From assembly GCA_973895155.1 (NCBI GenBank), contig OZ316892.1, positions 25,257,233 through 25,321,232 of the forward strand: a DNA stretch of 64,000 nucleotides. Reading direction: 5' to 3'. The DNA comes from Marsupella aquatica. Lineage: Eukaryota > Plantae > Marchantiophyta. The notes under the pieces were generated by a model. The model was not told where the DNA came from. It saw nothing but the letters and a program-made list of their open reading frames with translations, and searched no databases. Position 1 is the first letter of the stretch. Every line of letters starts with the position of its first letter. Below, in pieces: positions 27,264-39,516 of the stretch. The position numbers were made by a program, and so were the translations under genes.

Positions 27264-29140
27264 ACAACAACCGCAACAAACAAGACTCGTCGGTTTTGTG
27301 AATCAAACTTAGAGTTTTCATTTGTGTTTGTGTCAATTTGGGTGTAAATTTTGGGATGTCGTGCCGTAAAAAGAAATGTAAAAACATTGGAAATGCAAAT
27401 AACAAGACGGTTAAAACTATCACTATGTAATCGTTTTAGTTACATTTCCAATTTTAAAACTTAAATTCAAAGATTTATAAAAAGTATTTTTCATATAATA
27501 AATAATGACTAATAACTAACTTGATAACTTCTTTGTTAAACCGCAACTCCCGGTATGTAAGGACCTCTTGTATTGTACGGCCATTAATGCTGGGAAGAGC
27601 ACATAGAAACCCAGGACCGGGGAGGAGGAATGGCTGGAATCTTGAAAGTTCATCAAATTTTATACTCAAAAATATTTACTCATTCTCAAAACAAAAAATA
27701 CCCAGGGGATCCAGTTTCAGATAATATCTATTGATAGGAATCTTTCAAGATTATAGCCATTTCATGGCTCTGTTTGCGGATGAAAAAATAAAGAAAATCA
27801 ATATAAAATTAGACATAAGGGTCCGGCTAAAAATTTTGTTGACCGAGGTTGGTTCAAGCAACGGAATAAAGACCCACGCCGCGTCATACGCACCATTGAG
27901 AAAAGGTTCAATACAAGCCGTTTGAAGTTGTACGTCACTTAAATCTCAGGAGTAACGCAAGCTGCCCAACTAGGGGATTATAGAATCTTGCCGATTTAGT
28001 GGGTATAGAACCTATAAATAAATCTGACTTGGATCGATTAAAAAACTCCCGAGACGTGCTTGAGCAACTGCGCGATTTGTATGTTAAATATTCTGTGGTC
28101 GTAGATCTCATTGAGATCTTTCTTTTGCACCCTAGATCGCCTTCTAACATGGATGAATAAGATTGCTAGAGGCATTACAAAATGGATGGCAAAGATCATA
28201 AAATCAACAAAATCGATGGCTAGGAAGGCTTGGATTTGTTTAATTTTTCATTTGAAAAATATTAACCCATTTGCAAAATGGACATAACCCATCCATAGAT
28301 CTATTTGAGATCTTTCTTTTGAGCCATAGATTGGCCATTATGATGGACTAACAAGATTTCCGGAGATAAGAAATGGAGACGGCTCAGATCGACTCTTCCC
28401 CTTGATTTTATTAGCCAAGAGGTCCACGAACTAATTCTCAAAATTTGAGTTTACTTCTAATCAATTTTTGTTCATAAATTCAAATACTTTTTAGTGTAAG
28501 TTAAGGATTTGCTGGAGGAGTAGGTAAGCTACACTTCCATCAAAGTGAGAATAAGTTTTATGTGGAGGGGTAAGTTTTATTTAATTAATTTTCATTGTGT
28601 TAATTTGAACTATTAGGGCTTGCATTTTTCTGTATCTAGTCCTTCTCTAGTTGCATTTGAAAAACTATAAAAAAATGAAGTCTCATAATCATCAAGTTAT
28701 AAGCCCAAAACTCACATGGACCACCAAAATATGGTCCCTAGGAACACTATGTCCAACATTGTGGTACATCTTGGCTTCAACTTCTCTTATTTATATTTTA
28801 ATGTCAGTTTGAATAACTCACTCACTAAATACAAATCAATCTATGGACCCCTTGTTCATCTAAGGAATGGGTGTCTCATTACGTAAAATTGGTTTTTTAG
28901 AGCAAATTAGTTCATGGACCCCACCTGTTATACAATATTGATTGAGATTGAAAAGTAGATAGTTATTGATATAGATATGTGTTGGACAACGGGTATAAAT
29001 GTGTTATACAATATTGATGTGTTGGACAATGGGTATCTTTATTGGGACTAGTCAATTTTTTTGCATGATACACCATAGTGTTCTGAAAAGTAAAATTATG
29101 TACTACATAGAAACAACTGTCATGTTTTTTTCCCACTGAA

Positions 29141-29820
29141 TCACATCGCGTTGAATTTCCGCTTGGATGTAGTGGGTTCTTCCGTTGTTGTTTGGGCAGG
29201 GACTTCGGATAGAAGGCCCTGGTCGCTGCTCCTCCTCAGTCTGTTGATCAGGGATTGAGATTGCTGATGTGTCAGCCCTACCAGCATATCAAGTGGCATC
29301 TTAAAATCATGTCTCAATCTGGTCAGTTGCTCTAGACGAGCTCCCTTTGTGACTTGGATGTACTCACGCATCCCGTTATTGTAATTGAGCTGATCTTCCT
29401 CAAAAGGAACTGCCATGTACCTAAGAATCTCCTTTGTGACACCTGCATTTATTTTCAATACGGAGTTAGTGCTTAATGTGCGCATGAGATGGTTTAATTC
29501 ATTTTTTTTGGGTTTTCTCTTTGTGCTTACTAGTTGCTGGTTTATCTCGGTAATGGTCGTAGAAGTCGGCCTTGAACACTTTCCTCTCTTCGATCATTTT
29601 TGACAGTTCTCTCTTATCGATCCCGTTTAGCATCTCAGTTGTCTCGATTCCGAGACCGTTGTCAAAAGAAATTTGTTTAGCCGTTACCATCAAGTTCTCT
29701 ATCCTGAAGTCATTTGATGGCAGCTGTCACGCGATTGACATGGGTCTTAACACCAAAGACGTCACTATGGGTGCCAAAACCATCTCCTTGTACCTGAGGA
29801 TCACGAAGGGATGTTGTGAA
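29141..29820 (-). pseudogene. Disrupted ORF of unknown function, downstream of and co-oriented with the Helitron
   Basis: ORFs 29499-29693 and 29141-29485 are adjacent and appear joined by a frameshift in an A-run near 29505. No recognisable domain. Confidence 0.4.
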
Positions 29821-30024
29821 TGTCGGTAAACACCAGTTTATGCCCTTAACACCAGACTATCATAGCAAGACTCTATCACACATCACCCAAGCTCAATCCC
29901 AAGGAACCAAGGTTGGGGATCAGATCTGCGCTCATGATAGTTCTGGTGAGAAGGGGTCTTCATATCGGGCCCGTACACACAGGGCCTAGCGCTACGGTGC
30001 GCATAGGTCTATACATATGCTTAC

Positions 30025-31783
30025 TGTCATAGGTATGTTTCTATTCCGCCGCTGGAATGTACCCATAAACCAGTGACTCCTGACTGATTCCCGGCTTAGG
30101 GACTTCTAAGCCATTGCCCCACCACTCTGCCATTCCACTCTCAACAATCAGAGCTATGACAGTCCTCACCCAGCCCGCTTCAATGCACCCGGTACACCTC
30201 TCAGTGGCGCTGCTAGTTCCATCATACACTCAGATTGCCTCACACACACACACATCCATGAGAGAAATGAGGCCTGAGAGGAAAACTCAATTAGATTCAA
30301 AGATGTGCACAATAGTTCACTGAGAACACTTGATCCGAACACTAGGGCCGAAGGCTGTCTCCTCCAGATTGTGACGTGCTTGCCCTGCAAGCCCCGTGCT
30401 TGCCATGCAAGCTCAATCCTGAACTCAACCTCCTTCACTGCACTTCATTCTTGGGGGCACATACAGATCTCACACCTCCAATTCAGAACGTCAAGTTACG
30501 CATGCATAGTTGACTCGACTTCAAAGCTGGTACCAGGCCTAACGGCGATCTACCCCAGACTGCAATGAGGCCCGGCCTCACGCTTGCCCTGCAAGCTCAG
30601 CTCTGGCCATAGATCCCTTAGTGCTCTCCACCAGACAAAGGCCGGGACTCCCCATGGGTCACGTAGCCTTGCCAGACTGAACTGTAAATGCTCCTCCTGC
30701 TGCCCCTTAATCAGTACCTCAGCCTCCCTAATGTGCCCACCGCAAATCGAATTGAAATCCTCCCCACAGTTTACAATCACCAATACATCACCTATCACCA
30801 AGGCTCTGTATCGGGGAAAAAGAACCCAGTTGTGCTGCCCACTAGAAAGAGCCACAATCCAGCTCGCAAACCTAGTAACCCGTTGCTGTGAAGCTTGGCT
30901 GATTACTCCCTGAGTAATAGCACAACCAAGCTCTCCCCAACACGCAGCATCCAAGTCCAACCTTGCTTGCACAGAGCTCCTCCCCGCTACTCAGTCTAAG
31001 TGAGATCACACAACTGAAGTCCCCCCGCTGCCTCTACCGGAGGGATGCTCTATATACTCTCTCATTGAGCCCAAATGGGTGGATGCTACGCTGCTGGAGC
31101 CCCATCCCAGCCCTAACAGAGCCGCCACTATCTCTAACTACTGAACCCTAACTCGCAACTTTATTTCTATCTCGAATTGGCTATGTACTTCGGATTCGGC
31201 CCTCCTCCATGGTTTTTGCGAGCTTACGCCTCCTCTCCCGATTTCTGTATTCAACCATTTGCTGCGTGGATAACAGCGTTGGAAGCGGCTTGAGCTCCTC
31301 TTTCCAACGAGGTCAATTATAGCCGATTTGGTCAAATACACAGAGAGTTATGCCCCCGTAACCGAGAGGGGGTACTCACTGTTGCGCTAACCCGAGTTAC
31401 ATAGCTAACCCGAGTTCGGCTAACCTAGCTATCCTATCTAACCCGAGTAGAGCTAACCCGTGGTCTCGGGTTAGGCCGTTACCCGCTATCCGCTATTCGC
31501 TATCCTAGCCTAAGCTGAGCCCGAACCCGAGCTTACCTATGCTAACCTGACCCCGAGTTAAGTCTAACCCGGGATCAATCTAATCCGAACCCGGGTTAAG
31601 CCTAAGCTGAAGCCGTGCTTACCTGAGCTAAGCTGAAGCCGTGCTGACCTAAGCTAAGCTGAAGCCGTGCTGACCTGAGCTAAGCTGAAGCCGTGCTCAC
31701 ATAAGCTAAGCCGTGGTCGAGCTTGGGTTAACCCGAAACTGAAGCCGAATCCGCTAATTCCGGCCACAAGTTAACCCGTCACA
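30025..31783 (-). mobile_element. Probable solo LTR (TGTGACGGG...TGACA on the minus strand)
   Basis: Same termini as the TSD-confirmed insert at 38139-40678, in opposite orientation. It has an internal repeat array and a TTAGGGTT motif. Flanks CTTAC/CTAAT match only 3/5, so the TSD is not confirmed. Confidence 0.55.
31385..31778. repeat. Short-repeat array: TAACCCG/CGGGTTA motifs plus a 26-bp tandem unit x4
   Basis: GCTAAGCTGAAGCCGTGCTGACCT(G/A)A repeated ~31601-31712, with many TAACCCGAG motifs on both strands. Confidence 0.85.
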
Positions 31784-32379
31784 CTAATCAGGCTGTATCT
31801 TTCTTAATACACCTCCGTTTCCCGAGTGTTTTATATCGATTTTACTCGCCTTGACCAGATCTTTCCAATGCTCTTTACAGATCCGGATTTGGTGACATAT
31901 TGAAAGAGATATGGTCGCCGACCACCTGCGACATAGCTTTTATTTCCCTACTCTTAACGCCATGATTGCCCTTATTCTTGCCATCTTGCTAATTGTTATG
32001 CAATATCAATAGCTACTCCTTGCATACAGCAACCTACTTAATCAGATTACAAAATAAGGACCATGTCATTGGCGTCACAACAGCTCTCTAGTGATCATCC
32101 TTGCCATTTCTATGGCTGTCATTGGCTGCACAAGAAAGATGTGAACAATATCTTAGAACAATAGTGTCCGTCAATGTGAATGAATCTTGCAACTTTTGTA
32201 TCATCATTTCATTATCGCTTGCATCAACAAGGTGAAGTATAAAGTGGACACTCTTTACCTGAACTGATGTCGGAGTAGCGTTTGTCAGATTGCTATTTGC
32301 GCCTGTCATTGTTTCTTGTGGTTGTTGTGATGCCTTGGCTGCCTTGTTGCCTTTGGTGGTCGACATCTGCTTGTTAAAC

Positions 32380-34523
32380 ATGATCCAAGGTTGGGTGGAT
32401 TCATCTGAAGGGGCATTGGTGAGTATTGGGACGGGCATGGTCTCTTGGCGGGGAAAATATCTCTGTAATGCCTGGTCATTGTAGTTGTCGACTGTTTCTC
32501 TATGTGTGCATATCACGGTTGTCGAGTCGATGAAATCATGGGCTTCTTGTTTGGACACGTAACATCATCCCAGGCAGCATCGATTGATTCTTGGGTAGGG
32601 AGGCTTGTGAGGATGTTGTTAAGGAACTCCATGAACTCCCTGTCTATGCTCTATCTGAGCACAGTGCAGAGGTGAAATTTCCGCATGGTCTCAAAATATG
32701 GCGACGACGAGAGGTGGCACGCCCTGCATATGTCGTTGGTGTGGTGGGAGCAAACTGGAGGCAATTGGCACATGTCTCCGACCAGGATGACCATCTTATT
32801 TTGGAACGGGTCGGATGAGCGATCCTCATCTTGGAGTGTCTTGTGTAGTCTTGTGAAGACGTAACGCAATAATTTGGGTTTCAACATGCTTGCCTCATCT
32901 ATGATGAACACGTCATTGTTCCTCAAGATGTGGTATTGGGGACTGGTGATATGTAGAGGTCTGAGCTCTCCGTGTATTGGAATGTTGAACAAGGAATGCA
33001 TTGTCACCGCGTTGGCATGAAGGTTTATGGCAGCTGCGCCTGTGGTGGCACATCTTCACCTTCCTCCCTTTAGATGTCCAGTATTTGTTCATGTACAAGA
33101 TGAAGAAAGTCTTGCCGGATCTCGGATTTCCATCGATCATGAACAGATCGCTCTTGACATCCTTGGGGGCCTCAAACACTTTGATTTGGTCCAGAATCAA
33201 GTTGACGGTCAGGAGAGTTTTGTCGTTGAGCATCAGGCCAATCAATTTCTCTGCAGTGACGGTAGGGACCGCTTGGAATGTGGTCGCGTTGTTGAAAATT
33301 TGGTGGGGCAACTTTTCATTCAGCTCCTGTAGCAGGTGGGATGTGTGGTGGGTGGAGTAGAGGTGCGATGCGCAATACTCAAGCACCAACTTGTGTATGT
33401 CGTTGACGTTGGTTATCAACTTGTGGTGTATGCACTCGTGCAAGTAGCTCCACGTCTCGCTTATGGGCCTGAGGAGAATTTTGCCTTCTGCACGGAATCT
33501 CACAACCTTCAAGAGGTAGTTGTTAAAGAAGCCGTTCATCTTGTGTACTGGATGATACTCCAAAAAATTGCACGAGCCGATCTGTCCGATTATTAAAATT
33601 GCCTTGCAAATCCCTGCCAACATAGTCTTTGGTGGTGTTTTTCTTATTGGTTAGGACCTCGTGGTTGGTGAAGTAGTCGTAGAAGGACATTGCAAATATG
33701 TGCTTGGGCCTCTGTGCATAGAGTCTGGTGGGATGCAAACATATCCCCGAGGACTTACGGTAGATGGCGGACCTCAATTCTGGAGGTGATGAGTCCATGA
33801 ACGCCACTATCTCCTAGCGATGGATGATGTTGATTTTGAGGCACGTCAATGCCGCCTTCGTGGCGCACACGCTTTGAGATAGGACGGCTCCGCTGACGAG
33901 CTTGAGTTGGACTTCAGACAAGTCCTTGAGTCCTAGAGTGCGCGTATCGTTTGCATTAAGCTAGAGTGATCCCAAGGGCTTGCATTTGATAGCGTACTTG
34001 AGAAAATAGAAAGACCAGGCCGCGTTTGTGATGCGCTGCAAGTTCATGTGCACGCCCCACAACAGCAACACGAGCAGGTGGTATGGCACGACATTTTGGT
34101 GGTGGTCGCTTGGCCTGTGGTACCTCCATTTCCCCATGGTGGGGTCGATGCCCGCATCTTTGTCAAGGTGAGTTTCTTGGGGGAAACCCAACTTGTAGTA
34201 CTTGAGGCCGGTTTGGGAGTGCCTTTGTAAGCACAAGCCCTCCTTGCAATAGTGAAGTTGTTTCGTCACCATATTGCGATATAGGGTCTTTTCTTGTGCT
34301 CCATTCGGCTCTTTGAATCTACCAGAGGTTGAGTCAAATTTGCGAGGGATGAATGTGGTTATGTTGTTCATGACACGATCGACGTTGCAATCATTGACCC
34401 ATAGCACCATGTGGGCATGGAGTGATCTGCGGCCTTGCAACTCATACCTGATGACATAGTGGATCACATTTCTGATTATGGCGCGTTTTGACAAAATGTA
34501 ATCCCTGAAAAAATGTTGAATTC
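32380..34523 (-). mobile_element. Decayed Helitron Rep-helicase (HUH endonuclease + PIF1-type SF1B helicase), 5' part cut by Gypsy insertion
   Basis: Rep motifs YELQGRRSLHAHMVLW (HUH) and VVPYH..HMNLQ..YFLKYAIK (Y2). Helicase motifs GNPRSGKTF (Walker A), FIIDEASML (Walker B), VILVGDMCQLPPV, VICTHRETVDNYN. Several frameshifts and stops; C-terminal helicase motifs V/VI not seen. Confidence 0.92.
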
Positions 34524-34929
34524 TGTAAGTAGTGGGTAATTCCAAAAGCATGAAGAAACTGAAAAGCAATGTGGATTTAAATCATATAAGTCATTACCTT
34601 TTGACTAATGTTTAAGGAGTAACCTTGGCACATGCCAGACTCCCTTAGCATACTTTAAGATATTTTTGGTGTGTTTTGTTAATCATTCCAATTTTATTAT
34701 TTGATGGTTACATGATGTTGAGTTATCATTGAAAACTTCTCACCGCTGTGGAGCGATCTTCAAAATACCTCAGTAAAGTAATCAAACTTGATTATTATGT
34801 GTGGAAAACATCTTAAGTCTATTATTGTTGTTTAAATCTCTCAAACCAACCCCATCTTGTTCTTTACGGGAATGAATACCGAGTTTGAAGACCTTTAAAT
34901 GTATTTTTGGTTCTTCATAGCAAACTACA
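34524..34929 (+). repeat. 5' LTR (~406 bp, TGTA...TACA)
   Basis: TG start at the Helitron junction; ends ..CAAACTACA shortly before the PBS. The exact 3' boundary is approximate. Confidence 0.75.
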
Positions 34930-34938
34930 TGAGATTTT

Positions 34939-34956
34939 TGGCGCCGCTGCCGGGGA
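34939..34956 (+). promoter_or_regulatory. Primer-binding site, Athila-type (tRNA-Asp-like)
   Basis: TGGCGCCGCTGCCGGGGA, one base from the typical Athila PBS TGGCGCCGTTGCCGGGGA. Confidence 0.85.
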
Positions 34957-35243
34957 ACAAATCAAGGAAGGTTTGAAGTACACGCAGTGAATGCCAAAAG
35001 AAGGTTTAATTTAGTAAAAATGATGAAATAAAAATAAGGGTGATTGCCACCATGGAACCTATTGGAGAATGGGCAATTCCAAGCCTAGAAATTTGACCTT
35101 ATACAGTGGAAAATGCACCAGAGGCATTTAGGGAAAGGATTGGAGGAGAAAATCCTGCCACAATTTTGGAAAGAAAGAGGAAAGCTAAGGCCAAGAAGGA
35201 AAGATTAAGTGATGCTTAGTAGGGGAATTTTTCAAGAAAAGGA

Positions 35244-36137
35244 ATGGCGAGAAAGAGCAGACCTCAAAAAAGAGAAAGAGCTTTGATTAAGTCTAGGGAT
35301 AATCAAACCTATACAATTATCAGTGCCACTGCACAAGACAGGACAACTATTTTGAGAAGCCAAGTGATAAACTCAGATGGAGGAAACACTAGAGGAAGTT
35401 ATTTTTGGGGTGGTGAATTGGTAAAAGTTGACTCATGGGATACCAATGTGTTGTATGATTGTTTGCTTATTTTCAGAAGAGCCATAGATGGAAGATTTGA
35501 ATTAATTGAAGCCACTCAAGATAATGAATTTGACTCCAATTTCATCCCTCCATTGCTAAAAGAATATCATATTGAGGAGGAGACATTGGAGAAAGAACTT
35601 GAGCACAAATTAAGGAAAGCATTGGCAAGATTAAAGGGTGATCCCTTATGGAGGAACCAACTTGATTATGTTTTGGAAGACCTCTATCATGATAACTCAA
35701 ATTTAATTCTCAAGGAAGAAAGACCAGTTATGACCCCCAATAGGAAGGAGCTGATTGAAACCTGCCAGTGGAATGCAAGGAATGGATGGGTTTTGCTGAA
35801 ATGGGAAGATTTGAGTATAGGAAAGGTATCTTTCAAATGGACTTTCCCCCTCCCTCAATGTTCTGAATTAACTGATGTGGTGGTATTTAAGAGAGTATGG
35901 ATTGATGACAGAGAATACAAGTTGCAACCCATTAAGGAGGAACATGACTTGGAGTTTGTTCTAAGAAAGAATAAGCAAAATGGCAGTTGGGCTACTGAAA
36001 TAGAGGAATTAAGTATCAAGGAGGTGTTGCATAATTTGCACATTGTTGAGAATCCTTGGTTAGATGCCCTAGATACTCTGGAAAATCTATTGAATGATTA
36101 CCGGTCCCCAACACAAAATACAAGAGCAATGGGATAA
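35244..36137 (+). CDS. Extra 297-aa ORF between PBS and gag, unknown function
   Basis: Uninterrupted ATG..TAA ORF lying upstream of gag. No gag or env motifs recognised. Confidence 0.6.
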   Translation: MARKSRPQKRERALIKSRDNQTYTIISATAQDRTTILRSQVINSDGGNTRGSYFWGGELVKVDSWDTNVLYDCLLIFRRAIDGRFELIEATQDNEFDSNFIPPLLKEYHIEEETLEKELEHKLRKALARLKGDPLWRNQLDYVLEDLYHDNSNLILKEERPVMTPNRKELIETCQWNARNGWVLLKWEDLSIGKVSFKWTFPLPQCSELTDVVVFKRVWIDDREYKLQPIKEEHDLEFVLRKNKQNGSWATEIEELSIKEVLHNLHIVENPWLDALDTLENLLNDYRSPTQNTRAMG

Positions 36138-38624
36138 AGGAACATTTTGATTTTAGCCTTATATTAAAGGTGGTGGAGAAATTAACATGCCTCCCATTAG
36201 GTCATTAGGATCCTTGAGAATAAGGAATTTACATAATATATATGTTCAAACCTGGGTATTATCCTTAAGAGGAAGAAGGGGTATCCATTGGTTATCTGTT
36301 ACCTGGTGGGAAGGAGGAGATTTGCATTTAGTTGTTTTGAAGCTAAATGGCAGAATTACAGGAGAAGAATATATTATTATTTCTATACAAGAATTAGCTA
36401 GAGCATTGATGCAAAGACAAAATAGGAGGCTCAGATAAAGTAAGGTTAGCCAAAACAGTGAGAAACCAGAAGAGGAGATGGTACTTTGCTACTAAGGACC
36501 CGCCGAAATACAAGGGGATAAGGCATTTCGGATTAACCCTTACGAGTTACGGGTAAGCGTCACGACGATTACAACTTTACGAGTTGGCCGTCTTATGACT
36601 TTATGAGTTTACGAGTTTACAAGTTGAAGGGTTACAACTAACGGACGCACCGCTTCAACACTTGGCTAAATCGCGCGACTGTTGGGCGCACAACCCCACA
36701 AAGTTCTCAGAAAGGTCACGACAGTAGGAGAGGATGCCGACTCAATACAAAACATAAGGGCGTGACTTTTTCATACGATCCGGAATTTCCAAAGGGGATT
36801 AAGGGTTGGTTTGAAACCATTACCTCGCACTTGAGAATTGCCATCTTTCAAAATGTGGAATGTCTGACAAAGGGAAACGAGGTTGGAGATCAAAACAAGA
36901 AAGCAAAAGCAAAAGCCTCTCAAGACCCACTTAACCCAAGAGAATTATTGCCGGATTTCCAATCATCTGATTATCCAACACTTGGAAGTGTAGCAGAGCG
37001 AGTCACCCTAATCCAACAAAGTGAAACAAAGGGAACAATACAAAATCCAGCAACAAGTCGACCTGTAATCTATAAATTACGATCGAGAGATGTGCAGTAT
37101 GTTCCTGCCAAGCCCAAAAAGAAAGGAGTTGACATTGTCAAACCATTAAGAAGAACACAAAGTTTGGAAGAGTACGTAGGTCCATCTGCGTTCCAGATAA
37201 TTGGAATAGATAAGATTAAAAACACAAGGCATGAAAGTATAATTGGAGAAGGAAGTCAACAAGCTAAGCCTCTAGAGTTTGATTTTGACTCACTCACATT
37301 ATAGAAGACACCCTTGGGTAACTCCACAAAATTAGCATAAGTACTTCCCTTATTTGGATACGGAAATTCTAGTGGTAGTCTGAGTGCAACGAGTACAAAA
37401 AGCACTCCGAACTCTTTAAATTCAATTTCCCCGTTAACATCTCAAGGATCAGTCATCAACACTGGATCACAATCCGTGGGAGCCTCTCCTCCAATTAATC
37501 CAAGTCCAGTACCTGTGAGAAGAATTCAAATGGCCCGGAACAATATTTATTATGATACTTTTAAAGGGACATCCAAAGAGGATGCTGAGACCTTTTTGAA
37601 GGAATTTGAAGCTGCAGCCACCTCAAATGGGCAAACCCAAGATGCTGAAAAAGCCACAATTTTTCGAGGCTTGTTGAAGAAAAATGCCCCAAAATGGTAT
37701 GATCTATTTCCAAACAAAAATGATTGGGGAAAACGGAAGACCGGTTTTTTGGACAAGTATAAGGAGGATGGTGTTGAGGCGAGAGCCTTTGCCATAATTT
37801 CTCAACTCACCATGAAGAAACATGGATCAGTAAGGAAGTATGTAGATAAATTATTAGACCTGGTGGATAAATATAATCCAAACATAGCTAAATCTACCAC
37901 GACAGATTGGTTTATCAATGGACTGCCCTCCCAAATTGCAAGATATGTGAAGATGGAAGGTGGTACAACTTTTGAAGAGGCACAGGAAGCAGCACAAAAA
38001 TATGTGGACTCTGAAGTACATGAGAAGAAACGAGTAAAGAAGGACTTTCAGGAAGAAGGACAAAAAGAAAGAGAAAAAAAAAAAAAAAGACAAAGTCTTC
38101 ATCAAGCTTAGAGTCTGATGATAGTGACACCACCAGTTTGTGACGGGGTCCCGACACGGTAAGTCACCATTAGTGTCACCAGCAAGACACCTGTAAATAA
38201 ATAAGCCCATAGACGCGAGTTTTTTTTAATGTTCTTTAAGTTTGTAAAGTTTTTTAAAGCATCTCGGGATAGTCGGAGACCCCAACAGTTTTGTCTAGAC
38301 CCGGGTTAATTATGGGGCAAAGCCTGGGGGGGTTTAAATCGTGACTTTCCGGGAAGGTAAGGAAGTCCGGGAAATAAGCATTTTTAATTTTTTGGTAACA
38401 CCCCTTCTAAGGCAACACTCAGGCAGGACTGGGGAAGTATGGGGGGGTTTAATTAAACCCCCATTAAATCCTTCCGCAAGTGGGCAGCGAGGAAGGGGGG
38501 CTCCGCGAGTGACCGGGCAGGGGGGCCGCGAGCCCGCGAGGATGCGAGTTGCGAGGAAGGGGGACTCCCGCGAGTCGGGTGTCGTGCGCATAAACATCGC
38601 TACACAACAGAGTTTTGGTGGGGA

Positions 38625-38863
38625 GGCACCCACAGCCCGCGGCCTGTGACCAATTCATCTTGGTTATGTGAGTTGGCACCCACAGCCCACGGCCTATGGC
38701 CTCTTGTAGTTTGGTTGCATGGGTAGTCACCCACAGCCCACGGCCTGTGGCTGATTCATCTTGGTTGTGTGGGTTGGCACCCACAGCCCACGGCCTGTGG
38801 CCTCTTGCAGTTTGGTTGCGTGGGTAGTCACCCACAGCCCACGGCCTGTGGCTGATTCATCTT
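38625..38863. repeat. Tandem array of ~50/51-bp monomers alternating A/B (101-bp dimer)
   Basis: CACCCACAGCCC(A/G)CGGCCT(G/A)TG core five times, with alternating tails ..ATTCATCTTGGTT.. and ..CTCTTG.AGTTTGGTTGC. Confidence 0.9.
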
Positions 38864-38885
38864 CAAGAATAATCGAACAACGATT

Positions 38886-39516
38886 GATGCCAATCAAACA
38901 CACAATCTTGTCTGACGCGATCACACACTTATGTCAAGCCAAACGCACCTTGCGCCTCAAGGAATCCACGTTACGTACACACAAGACACGAGCGATGAGG
39001 AGTGAGGCCTTGAGTCTGGGGAAACGGAAGAGCCCCGACACACCTAGCTCCACACTTTCCCCGGATTTGATCTCGCAGGCTATTGAGATGGTGGTGAAGG
39101 AGGTTAGTGGGAAGTATGGGCCCTTGTTGGATGGAGTCAAGAAGAGTCAGGAGAAGAGCAAGGGCTTGGAGAAGAAGCTCCGGGAGGTACGGAAATCGTT
39201 ACGGGAGGCTCAGGTCAGTACGGGGATGCCACCCAGGTCTGTCACCCCCGGGACTCCCATGGCCACAGGGCAAGTTCTACCATTGGAGTTGCGGTCCGGA
39301 GAAGAGGCTACCCTATGGAAAGACACCATTGGTGAGGGGTACATCAAGGCGTGGCAGGCCTTGGCCACTTTGAGGAAGCAAGGGAGCGGCAGCACGAAGA
39401 GTACCCCGGTAAAGAAGAAGAAAAGTGAGGTGGCACTCACTCCCGTGAGTGATGAAGAGGAGGCCCACTCACGGGGCACAAGCCGGGGCACCGAGAGTGA
39501 AGAAGAGGAGGAGTAG
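38886..39516 (+). CDS. ORF inside the solo LTR: basic/coiled-coil protein with acidic tail
   Basis: The track ORF 38761-39516 is open for 251 codons. The first ATG (MPIKH..) is near 38886. It contains KRK and KKKK patches, a heptad-like segment and a terminal EEEEE. Confidence 0.45.

Noticed and set aside
29041-29100. Helitron 3' terminus at CTAG (~29048)
   Set aside because: No GC-rich subterminal hairpin at the expected distance.
31385-31778. CRISPR-like or telomeric array
   Set aside because: The units are contiguous with no unique spacers and no cas genes, in a eukaryotic context. TAACCC motifs are followed by G rather than forming telomeric runs.
38625-38863. Repeat-spacer (CRISPR-like) pattern
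   Set aside because: The 'spacers' alternate between two recurring sequences, so this is a dimeric minisatellite.
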